A DNA stretch of 64,000 bases from Pristiophorus japonicus (Eukaryota). A program made the translations under genes and the position numbers. The notes beneath the pieces were generated by a model. It searched no databases and had not been told where the DNA came from. It saw only the letters and a list, made by a program, of their open reading frames with translations. The stretch covers positions 186,001-250,000 of the forward strand of contig NW_027252702.1 in NCBI RefSeq assembly GCF_044704955.1, written 5' to 3'. Below are positions 39,643-50,139 of this stretch, piece after piece. Numbering within the stretch: position 1 is the stretch's first letter; each line of letters starts with the position of its first letter.

Positions 39643-41169
39643 CTAGAAAAAGAGGGAATGGTTATTTCACACTGTCATGTTAAAACCACGCGAAGCAACA
39701 ACAGTAACTCACTCAAAGAGATGTGAATAATTCCACTTACTGTAGTGAGTTATGGGTTTTCTCAGATTATTTCTTCTGAGCTAATAAGTTGGTTCCCCAT
39801 TCTTGTCCAGTTGCTTTCGGCCTTCTGACTTCTTTGGGTGATGCGCTCAATAATATTTCCGATCATTTATTCCGAGCTCGAGCACTGCCTGCTATTTAAT
39901 GGGGGCTGACTGTCCCCGCTCCGGTGATGGAAACATTCACCCTTCAGACTGACTGATACTGGAGGACAACCGCCGCCCTGTGGCCTGTATGTGGCAGGTC
40001 CCAGTACTGCTCATACAAAGTGAGCAAAAGTCATCTCTATTGCAATGATAAAGTCCGGGCAATGGACGGAACAGTGCCCTGAGCACCAGCACCAACCATC
40101 AGATGCTTTGTATCATTTGTCACCGCTCTGGCTGTCTCGCTTACAGAGTAGAAAGTGTTGAGGAACATAGCAGCTACCCCTCAGGGCTAGGAAGGAGCGC
40201 TGTTGGTAGGTTGGGGTTAAATACTCCATTGTTTGAAAAGTTTAAAGGGAAGAAACTATAATTTTATGATGAGATACCTGACCGGCAATGCTGGATATTG
40301 CCATTAGTGACAGTGGAAATGTCTTCTGATATCCGTACCTTGACAACATTAAGGGAATTACTACCAGAAATTGTAAAACATGTCTTAAATTTTTAACTTA
40401 AAATCGGCAACTTCTGTATGCATCAGATAAAATCTGACAGAATGAACATTCCCCCTCATTGTTTTCACGAAAAGCTAAAGTTTGAATGCTTCCCCGTCAC
40501 TCGCAGTGTGGGGCTGAGACAATTATTGCACAAACATTTTGATTTGATTGAACAACAATTAGAAGCGAGAAGGTAATCACAAGGGTGGCTTTTGCACCCA
40601 TCAAACCAGAGTGTCACATAATTGGGTTCAGTCCATGGAGACGGTATGTGTCTCCTCCTGTGACATGTAACACCGGTGGAGGAGAGTTCTCGAATACTTA
40701 AAATGTTCCATGGTGATGTACATCGATTGGTTGCGCCCATTGGTTGATTTTGTCTTTTACTTCACTGCCGGCAACCACTCAGGGTTGTGCTGGAATTTAA
40801 TCAGGAAGTGCAGATTGAAACAAACACCAATCAAAATCTGCTGCTCAGAGTGAACATAGGAACACTCTGTCTTTAACCACTGCATATTTCTGCTTAAAGA
40901 TAGCCCACAATCACCAGGGTACCGTGCCGTGAAATTAGACAAATGCTGATCCTGCCCCTTCTTACCTTTGGTCCACACATCCCTTGTGGCGGAGCACATA
41001 TTGAGCGCTGATCATTTTATCGTCCACCTGCTGCCTGGGAGTTAGGGACGCATACATTTTGTTACAGCTAGAGGGATCTCATCACTGGGGCGTGCGTTGT
41101 TCAGTGCTGGCTTTAGATTAAAGAACTGAGTGCTGATTGTGTGATAGTACTTTGTGGAACTGTCCTTAC

Positions 41170-41487
41170 CTTTCGGGCTGCTGATGGTCCCCGTCACAGA
41201 GGATTGTGAAGGTGGATGTGAGGCTGCACAGGTATACTTTGATCCTTTCTGCCATTCCGCTGATGGTAAAACAAGCAGGCTCCTTGTGCTGAAGGTCAGA
41301 TCCTGTTCAAGAGCAGTAGGGAAATGGGTGACATTCACGCTCAATGCAGCTCCGTCTTTCTCCCAGGACACGGTGATGTTGTCAGGGTAGAATCCTCTGA
41401 TCAAACATGAGAGAGTGGCAGTGCTCGTAGTTTGAATCTCCGCTGGCGATGGAGGCAGGAGGCGGAGCTTTGGTCTCACTGGCTCCA
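41170..41487 (-). CDS. IgNAR: IgNAR C3 domain exon
   Basis: ttacag|TG GAG acceptor; VEPVRPKLRLLPPSP...LSCLIRGFYPDNITVSW...YTCAASHPPS; G|gtaag donor. Confidence 0.95.
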
Positions 41488-41562
41488 CTGTAACAAAAGT
41501 TCACCCAGTGTTAGTGTCTCATCCACTGCCATTCGAAAACAAGGCTTTATATTGTTACCCAC

Positions 41563-41865
41563 CTTTTGCTTTTCCTGTTCGTTTTGATACCGTCGTCGAT
41601 GATTGACCCTCCTGTGCCGAACACACGAACTCTACCCCGCTCTCCCACTCTTCCACGCTGCATGTCAAACGGCCAATGGTCAGGTACTGATCTCCATACT
41701 TAGTAGCTGGTTCGGTCAGAACTCCTTCAGTCCTCAACTTTCCACCCATTGTCCAAGAGATCGAAACCTCAGTGGGAACTGTCGAGACCACTTCACACAC
41801 CAAGGTGGCAGTTCTATTGATCCAAATTTGTTGAACGGATGGGTCTCTGAGAAATACTGCGAGCT
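41563..41865 (-). CDS. IgNAR: IgNAR C2 domain exon
   Basis: gacag|AG CTC acceptor; ELAVFLRDPSVQQIWINRTATLVCEVVST...W...EEWESGVEFVCSA; G|gtgggt donor; 75-nt intron to C3. Confidence 0.95.
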
Positions 41866-42074
41866 CTGTCAGTGAGAAACCAGAGGTTCATAATCGGTAC
41901 AATGTTTTTGTGTTCTCAATTTCGGCAGTTCAGCAAGATTTTTAATTTCATTGATAATTGTTTGCATGGCAAGATGTGATCTTGTCTCTCACTGATTATT
42001 GTTGAATTTAAAACATCATTCTGGTGTTTCCATGTATGTTCAGTCACATCATAACTTTGTAAAACAGATCTAAA

Positions 42075-42210
42075 CAGAGAGGTAGAGAAAGAAAGGGAGA
42101 TACAGAGATAGTGAGACAGAGAGATAGGAAGAAACATAAAGATAGAAGATAGGTAGAAAGAGAGACAGATATGAAGAGATGGAAGCAGAGATAGAGAGGC
42201 ATAGGTAGAG
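42075..42210. repeat. Purine-rich (GA/GATA) low-complexity tract abutting the gap
   Basis: gagaggtagagaaagaaagggagatacagagatag... Confidence 0.75.
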
Positions 42211-42402
42211 NNNNNNNNNNNNNNNNNNNNNNNNNNNNNNNNNNNNNNNNNNNNNNNNNNNNNNNNNNNNNNNNNNNNNNNNNNNNNNNNNNNNNNNNNN
42301 NNNNNNNNNNNNNNNNNNNNNNNNNNNNNNNNNNNNNNNNNNNNNNNNNNNNNNNNNNNNNNNNNNNNNNNNNNNNNNNNNNNNNNNNNNNNNNNNNNNN
42401 NN
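42211..42402. other. Assembly gap (192 N) in the C1-C2 intron
   Basis: Run of N. Confidence 0.99.
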
Positions 42403-42509
42403 TCGAGCCTGTCCCAAACAATTGCGATACCTTGTGTATCACAACATATAAACTCCACCCCACCCGAAACCACGTGATCTTCTGGGTGCGGTAGAAATAC
42501 AGCTAAAAA

Positions 42510-42950
42510 ATCTCAAGTCGAGCATTTTCTAACTAGCGCATCGATCTTTGTATCGTCTGTAATTGTGCAAATTATGCACAAAACCCCAAATCGAAATCAT
42601 TAATAAAAATAGTAAAATGCGACGTTCCCAGCACTGATCCCTGCGGGATCCCACTGGTGACCGCTCCCCAAACAGATCCGAGTACATCTCTCGCTACTTT
42701 TAGCCTGCATCCTGCCAGATAGTACTGAATCGATCTCAATATATGTCTACTAATACGAGAGAATGCGACCTTAGAGAGAAGCCTCTTATGCGGTACATTT
42801 TACAAAGCATTTTAGAAATCTAAGTAGACATTGTCTACTGGGCTTTCCTCATCCACCAACTTTGTAATTTTTCAAAAAATGTAAAATAGATTTGAGAGAC
42901 ATAATCTTATTTGTATGAAGCCATTTTGGGTGTCCTTAACTGGTCCATCC
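42510..42950 (-). mobile_element. Decayed CR1 RT fragment
   Basis: cccagcactgatccctgcgggatcccact = reverse GIPQGSVLG; aaagcattttagaaatctaagtagac = reverse YLDF*NAL-like motif. Confidence 0.65.
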
Positions 42951-43871
42951 CGTTATATAAATATATATCTATAGAGAGAGGGAGAGTCAGAGAAAGGAAG
43001 ATGGATTGAATGAATCCTACAGCATAGATGATCATTTGGTCTATGTCTGAGGCCACCATGGAAGTGCGCTCTTCTCGGTTGTTCCTGGCCCTTACCCATG
43101 ACTATTTTTAAACAAAAGACCAGCTTATTGTTGAAAGGTATTGTGATCGAATCTGTCAGATTAATCTAATGACAGCTTTCTCTCACTCTCTATCTCTCTC
43201 TCTCTTTCTGTTATTTCTTTCTCCGTCCCTGTCTCATCCATTTCATTTCTGTGTGGATACCCTGTATCACTTACAATCCATCCTCCCGCAATTAGTGAGT
43301 AACAGAAACACACTGTTACAGTTTGATCCTCTTTGCCGAAGATAGGCTGTGCGTTTTTGTTTGGTTTTGCCTGGATTTGATTTGGTAAATTAATTATGTA
43401 AACTGTTTCACAATTCTTTATACATTGTTTGTAAGATCTTAAAAGTTTATGATCGATGTGTTTGTTGACCATAGTACAATGTTCATGTACGCGTTAACAC
43501 ATCTCAAACTACCATTTGTATCATCCGCGGAACAGCGAGCACCTTCAGGTACCTCAGGAATTACCGCTGCAACAGAAAATGATAGAATGATACCGCACCG
43601 AAGGAACCCATTCGGCCCATCCTGCTTGTGCTGGCTCATTGAACGAGCACCTTCAGTTATCGCGGCAATTGCTGCTAAAACATTCCAAACTATATTTACT
43701 GTAGTTTTACACTGTACCATAAGCTGTCGCCGATTTTACTAAGGCCGGGTTCAGGGCTGTTTAATCTTCATCGATAAATGATCACAATAACTTCTCATCT
43801 GATCCAACACTGGTCAAGGAATTGAGAATGTTTCACCTGTGCAGCCGTGTGAATTGGTTACATTTGCTCAC

Positions 43872-44192
43872 CTGATGTGGACCGAATTTCTTTCCACTGG
43901 TTACTTTTGGTTGGGGGGTGTGAGACATGACAGCTGTACACGGAACCGCTCGACCATTCCTGGAGGGGCACCTTAAGGAGGCTCGTGGAGCTAAAGACTC
44001 CGTTGGAATTCTTAGCTGGCGACGAGGTGGTAAAGCCAGACGATATTGCGTTTCCGTTCTTCTCCCAGCTCACGGCAATGCTTTCTGGCTGGTATTCGCT
44101 GATGAGGCAAACCAGTTGCACAAAACCCTTTGCTCTCAGTTCGTCAGTTGCAGAGTAGAGGAGACTGATGATTGGTGGAGTAGGTTGTACTG
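43872..44192 (-). CDS. IgNAR: IgNAR C1 domain exon
   Basis: ttttag|CA GTA acceptor (NAGNAG); AVQPTPPIISLLYSATDELRAKGFVQLVC...W...LLKVPLQEWSSGSVYSCHVSH...KEIRSTS; G|gtgag donor. Confidence 0.95.
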
Positions 44193-44289
44193 CTAAAATT
44201 ACAAAGAAGGACTTACTCTCTCTCTCTATAATGACGATTAGACAGTTTATAACAGGCGAGGGACAATATTTATCCTTCAACCAACATAT

Positions 44290-44465
44290 AAAACAGATGA
44301 TCTGATCATTTTCACATTGTTGTTGTGGGACCTTGCTGTGCGCAAATTGGTTGCCACTTTTCCTATATTACAAAAGTGACTGCACTTCAAAAATACTTCA
44401 TTGGCTGTAACGCGCTTTGGAGCATCCCAGGATCTTAAAATGTTCAATATACATGCAAGTCTTAT
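44290..44465 (+). mobile_element. Shark SINE 3' part
   Basis: gggaccttgctgtgcgcaaattgg...cttcattggctgtaacgcgctttgg...atgcaagtctt. Confidence 0.6.
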
Positions 44466-44734
44466 TTTATGTATTTTATATCTGTGGTTAATTATCGTTT
44501 AATTTACTTCCATTAACGTTGCTTTGAAATTTGACGCCACCTGAAATATATATTTTTCAAAGGGCCCATAATAATTTGATTGGCTCACAGCCTAGCGCTC
44601 TGCAGAATTTAACGCATATGGATGAAAAATCATAGAGGAGTTATAAAAGTAACCGCATCTAAAATGTCACTGCTCCGTTCACATTCAAAAATATATTATT
44701 GATTTGAGTAACCGTTTGTTGAGACTTATAAGAA

Positions 44735-45650
44735 CAGAAGATCATAAAAACATAAGACATAGGAGCAGGAGTGGGGCATACGTCCCCTCGAGACCGCTCC
44801 ACCATTCAATATCTTGGTTGATCATCGACCTCAACTCCAATTTCCCGTCCGTTTCCCCTCGACTCTAAAAATCTACCTATCTCAGCCTTGAATATATTCA
44901 GAGACTCAGCATCCACAGTCCTCTGTGTAGAGAATTCCAAAGATTCACTGCCCTCTGAGTGAAGCAATTCCCCCTCGTAACTCTCCTAAATGGCCCACCG
45001 CTTATACTGAGACTGTGCCCCCTATTTCCAGACGCTCCAGCTCGGGGCAGCAACCTCTCACCGTTTATCCTGTCAATCCCCTTCATAATATTGTATGTTT
45101 TAAGAAGGTCAACTCTCATTCTTCTAAACTCCAGAAAGTATAGGCCCATTCGAGACAATCTCTCATCATATGATAGCACTCTCAACTCAGGATTCAATCT
45201 AGTGAAGCTCCATTGTACTGCCTCCAAGGCAAGTATATCCTTCCTTAGATAAGGAGACCAAAACTGTGCACAGTACTCCAGGTGTGGTCTCAATAAGGCA
45301 TTGTACAATTGTAGCAAGACTTCCTCACTCTTATAATATAACCCCTTGCAATAAAGGACACGATGCCATTTGCCTTCCTTATTGCTCACTGTACCTGCTT
45401 GCTACCGTTCTGAGTTTCTCACACACAAATCTCTCTGAACACCAACTTTTAAAGGTTTCTCAGCATTAAAAGAATCTGTTTTTTTATTCTTCCTACCAAA
45501 GTGAATGACGTCACATTTCTCCACTCACTGATTCTAGCTGTACCCCTTTGCAGACGGTTTGTGTTCTCACAGCTTACTGTTCGACCGAGCTTCGTATCGT
45601 CAGAAAACTTGGATATATTACACTCAATCCCTTCGTCAAGGTCATTTTCC
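44735..45650 (-). mobile_element. 5'-truncated CR1 in the J-C1 intron
   Basis: ORF 44898-45389 LLRPHLEYCAQFWSPYLRKD; cataag tail repeats at 44740-44760. Confidence 0.85.
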
Positions 45651-48225
45651 CGAATTCACAAAATGTGCTGTGGGCCAGAGGGGGTTCTCATCCTGAACGT
45701 GCAACAGTGAATATACTACCTAACAGATATACTTTAAGTACACAAGGGATGAGCATAGGCAGGGCTGGAGCTGTGTCCTTGCAAGAGCCGAGAAAATAAA
45801 GGTAGCTGATAAAATGGAACAGTCAGAGAGGCTAGGTGAATCTCAAATTACCACTGATGACGTTTGACAAAATATTGAGTGAAAAAATGAAACATCAAAA
45901 GAGGAAGTAATGAAATAGCGAGATAGAAGCAAACAAGTCATTTAGCTCATCAACGACCATAAACGCAAACATTGAGTTCACAATCCTTGGCCAAGTTAAA
46001 TGCTAATATAAAACGATTTCTCGATGATAGTGGTGATGTGAATACCATTGACAGAGGTATTAGTAGCACAGCTTCACTCGTTGTTTTCAGTCAGAGGAGA
46101 GAAGGAGGAAATTAACCCTAAAATCACCGTTGCCAATCTCAGGGAACTGGGCTTAACGCCTGACATTCCTTATTAAATGTTCCACTAGAGGGGCTGAGCC
46201 ATGTTACATAGACCAGGTAGTGTCTGGGCTACTGTAACGGACAGAGTACAATGGCTGGCCCTGTAATGTCAGAAGACAAATGTTCCAGTGTTAGCTTTGT
46301 TTAAACTGGGGAGTCCCAGTTGTTTGGGGAGCGAATTCCCTGTGGGACAATCCACATGGTGCCCTGTAATAGAACCAAATGGCTTTTCTCGGCGCGCACA
46401 TCCTGACGTCGTTAGGACGGGGTTCCTTTCAATCAGTGACGTATTCTGTCTCCCCGAAGAAACCCTAAAACCCAGCAATATTTTCAGTCCAATCTACGTC
46501 TCACCACCCTCTTCAAGTCAGTGTTGTTCTATGTTGCTGCCTGTCACATTTTGTGGGTTTTACGCCAGGCACATTCTCATGTCAGAGGCCACACTGGAGA
46601 ACTGATGGGTCATCCTGTAACATTCACAGTGTACCTTCTCCTCGGGAGAGAGATTGAAACAGCCTGACCTAACCTGACCTGTAAGTTTTTGGTGGAATGA
46701 TGTAGATCGGGTTCATATCTTATCGGATCCAGTGTCCGATTTCTAGCCATTAATGTGGAACTCTCTCGGATAACGAGCACATCCAATCAAGCGACAGGTG
46801 ACAATAAACTCTTACTCTGCACATCCTCTACGGGATTCTCGTCTCTTCGAAATGCTGACTTAATATACAGGCCATCAAAACAAGACATAGGCCCTGATTA
46901 AATTCATTACTTCTTCAAATAAATTAAATCAAAGGGATTGAAAAGTATAAAGAGAGAGTCGAAGCTTTCACTATGCTCCTCAATGCATTAAATAACGAAG
47001 AGATCGCATATTTTTTATTTCTACACTCATGAGGCCTAGAAATTTCTGTGGTTGCGCGAAAGAATCGGAAATGGTTCGGCCGCCCGTTTTAGGCAGCGCC
47101 TGATATTCAGTCGAGCACAGTCAAAATGACTTTTTGCATGAAACCCACTGTGGTTTGCAAATGTTCTGCTGCTCGGTACATTCTTACACACAGACCGCCT
47201 CTGTTGTCTCAAATACGGCTTTCTCCGAGTTTGGCTTCCATGTACACAGGCTTCCACAGAATTGGAGTCTAGGGAATGAAAGTGGTCTACGCCGGGAGTG
47301 AAGCAACACACGGTGTTTCACTGTGTTAGATATAATTTTCACTGAAGTTCACAGCACAACAGGCCAACCTCTGTTTCAAGACTGGAAAAGTTTCACTGTC
47401 ACTTTTAGTTGGTTTGGAATGAAAAATCTTGGCAACAGTTTTCCAATCAATGGAAATGAAAAGCTGTTGCAATGTATAATAGGCTGTCAATTCACGATCA
47501 CTGGTTTCGCGTAACTGAGCGAGATCTATTTCATCCCCAGTGCCATTGTCTAGGTCACTGTAATGTGTCTGGTGATAGTCCAGAGTCACAAATGAATAGA
47601 TTCGAAGGGACAATATAGTTACAAGACCTGTGCCAATATTAAGTTAACAGTTAAAGTTTTTATACAAGAAGTGATCTTAAAGGGGGAGAGAAATTCGGAG
47701 GCAACAATTAATAAAATGACACGTTATAATCTTTTCGTGTTTTCAGAAAACAATCCTCTACCCCGGAATTGTAATAAACCTTCAAATCAGAAACACTGTT
47801 TATCGGGGATATTCTGGGAGACCTCAGTAACTTTACCAGGCATGCTCCGTTTTAATTGTTTAAACTATTAGAATCTATGCAAATAAGCAGCTTAAATAAA
47901 CCATGAGGGGCACGTTATACAATGAAATTGAGGTTTCTTTCGGCTTAAGATATATATTTAAATACAGGTTTGTCTGGAGGTAATTTATATAGTAAATACA
48001 GGTTTGTTTGTATATTTTTTTATACAGGTTAATTTTATTGACGAGGAAAATCTTTTTTCATTCTTTTTAAGCTAAAGCCAATTAAACTGTCAGCAAACCT
48101 AACCGACTTTCCAAAAAGAGCGTCAGCGTTTGCACAGTGCGCTTCAGATCATGTTAAACAGAACACTGATTCTTAATATCTTCTGTGAAAAGACAGTGAG
48201 AAAAGTAACAAGAGACGGCACTTAC

Positions 48226-48273
48226 CAGGTTTCACAGTCAGCGTGGTGCCAGCTCCGTATTCATTGTAATAGC
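48226..48273 (-). CDS. IgNAR: IgNAR J segment
   Basis: YYNEYGAGTTLTVKP (YGxGT motif) followed by G|gtaagtg donor. Confidence 0.95.
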
Positions 48274-48312
48274 CACAGTAAGTCAGTCCCCAGTCAGCCC
48301 CGTCCAAAAAGG
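48274..48312 (+). other. J recombination signal sequence, 23-bp spacer
   Basis: CACAGTA (48274-48280) + 23 nt + CCAAAAAGG (48304-48312). Confidence 0.85.
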
Positions 48313-48622
48313 GTATTTGAGGCAAATGTCCGGTAATAAGTACACCAAAACAACTCCGCTTGAAGGAACTTTCTGATGTATTAGATTCATTCATACATTT
48401 CAATTTCGGTCAGTTTCTTTCCATCCAGATATTTACTATGTGCAGTGCGAAATCCTGTAACAGTGATGAAGTCAATCCATTGATTTAACATCAGACAGAG
48501 CTGAGAGATTTCAACCAAAGTTCCAAATGGAATTAATTGCAGACTTTATGTAGTAACAACCTTGAGTAAGACGCATATTGTAGAGCCACCTTTACGAGTA
48601 GGAACCAGATAACTGTTGGTGA

Positions 48623-48690
48623 GGTTTGTGCTATGGGCTGAGTCACTGTGTTATTCCATACACACATCATTTCACACCAGCACAAGAACT
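48623..48690 (-). other. IgNAR: D2 segment (TGTATGGAATAA, 48651-48662) flanked by 12/12 RSS
   Basis: J-facing RSS: CACAGTG-12-GCACAAACC (48623-48650). V-facing RSS: CACATCA-12-ACAAGAACT (48663-48690). Confidence 0.85.
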
Positions 48691-49004
48691 CCATTGTTGC
48701 AAACATCACAGATATTCCAAGATATTGATTGAAAGTTGCAGTAAATATGCTTCAAATCATTGCCTTTATATTGGGATCCCCGGAGATGTTCATAATTCTA
48801 AGCCACTCACAGAAATTTCTCAAAAAATATCAATATCCCACAAAGATTTTGATTTAACATTTATACAAAAATCACGTAAATGAATAGAGAAAAATCTTTA
48901 AGATATTATCCAGTGCCTGACAGAGGCAGTATGTATGTAACCGTGAGGTTATTAGCCACAGAGAGAATAACCTGTATTAATGTTGTATTAAAAGGTGTGG
49001 GGAT

Positions 49005-49081
49005 AGTTTATGTATTAGGGGGATGCAGGATTCAATACTGTGGTATATCCATACACAGTGACAGAGACCAGTACAAAAAGG
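49005..49081 (-). other. IgNAR: D1 segment (TATGGATATAC, 49043-49053) flanked by 12/22 RSS
   Basis: V-facing RSS: CACAGTG-12-ACAAAAAGG (49054-49081). J-facing RSS: CACAGTA-22-ACATAAACT (49005-49042). Confidence 0.9.
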
Positions 49082-49270
49082 TCCCCTGTGCATTAATACA
49101 TGAGCCTCAGGCCGAGACACAAACTGCAATCCAGATTCCTGCCTCAATACTTCTTGCAACAGATTTTCTTGTAAGAAAGGATGTTATCCTTCCAAAATAC
49201 TGAGTGTCTACTCTTCATGTTCAAGCAACAGGTAAATATTGACCTTGTTCGTGTAACAAAGTGAGCTGAT

Positions 49271-49309
49271 GGTTTGTGTATTGCAGGGACCTTCTCCTCC
49301 ATTGCTGTG
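49271..49309 (-). other. V recombination signal sequence, 23-bp spacer
   Basis: CACAGCA + 23 nt + ACACAAACC immediately after ...TGC CAA GCT TAT GAT AC. Confidence 0.9.
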
Positions 49310-49583
49310 GTATCATAAGCTTGGCAATCATACGTGGCACTGTCTTCAACTTTCAGGTTATTGATTCGCAGAGAAAATGTATTTGCTCCCTTGTTGACTG
49401 TTTCAACATATCGTCCGCCAATTGTGATGCTGTTCCGATTTGATGAACCCGGATTTTTCCGGTACCAGTACGTGCTGTATAATCCATAGCTCGTATCAGT
49501 TAGGACACAGATGATGGTCAGGGAGTCGCCTGTCTCTTTTGTTGCCGTTCTTGGTGTTTGGTCCACTCTTACACCGTAGGCAC
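49310..49583 (-). CDS. IgNAR: IgNAR V exon (leader part 2 + germline VNAR, type IV/IIb-like)
   Basis: ttcag|GT GCC acceptor; [47 protein letters not shown]...[33 protein letters not shown]; short FR2/CDR2 deletion typical of VNAR; only the two canonical Cys. Confidence 0.97.
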
Positions 49584-49720
49584 CTGAATGGAGAAAATAT
49601 ATTTAATGCATCGTATCTGAAACAGAACACGAGTTAAAGGCGAGGCAATTTCCACAATGTAAACGCAGCCGCACAGTTTTATCCAAATTAACATTAATCC
49701 CTTTATTAAGTATCACTTAC

Positions 49721-49763
49721 TCGGTACGCAGGCTAAAAGGACCGAAACGCAGAAAATATTCAT
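49721..49763 (-). CDS. IgNAR: IgNAR leader exon (MNIFCVSVLLACVP)
   Basis: ATG at 49763, hydrophobic signal peptide starting MNIF as in IgNAR leaders, phase-1 A|gtaagt donor, 137-nt intron to V. Confidence 0.93.
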
Positions 49764-49857
49764 TGTGTCTACACCAGCGGGGAACAATTTAACGAGAGCG
49801 AACTCCAGACCCCAACACCGACTGTTCTGTGTAACTGTGTGTGTCTGAACACCGACC

Positions 49858-49911
49858 TTATAAACCTCGAGAGACTGGGCTTATTTGCATGGGGCGGAAG
49901 GAGAGACCAAT
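49858..49911 (-). promoter_or_regulatory. IgNAR promoter: TATA-like (49858-49864), octamer ATGCAAAT (49883-49890), GC box (49891-49897), CCAAT (49907-49911)
   Basis: Perfect octamer in heavy-chain orientation 120 bp upstream of the ATG and ~20 bp upstream of TTTATAA. Confidence 0.85.
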
Positions 49912-50139
49912 AGGAGTGAGTATAGCTCATGGGCTGTGATAGGCTGCATTGTGTTTTTTTTTTCTATTGTCACAATGGTGGTATTTGTACTGATTAATAT
50001 GAACAGATAAGTAGAGAACTGCACCTAACCGTGTTTGGTTTGTTTGCATCTGTACAGATTGTGTTTCCTTACTTTCCTAATTTAATAATTTCGGAATATA
50101 TTACTGCTGGATGAATAATCATATCTACGCTTATCCACT

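Noticed and set aside
41916-42473. ORFs spanning the N gap
   Set aside because: Artefacts of translating Ns and a low-complexity tract.
47319-47325. CACTGTG heptamer in the J-C intron as a second J or cryptic RSS
   Set aside because: No nonamer at 12 or 23 bp, and it points the wrong way for a J of this minus-strand gene.
48839-48873. CACAAAG...ACAAAAATC as the RSS of a third D
   Set aside because: The spacer is 19 bp, the heptamer is poor, and there is no opposing RSS on the other side. At most a decayed relic.
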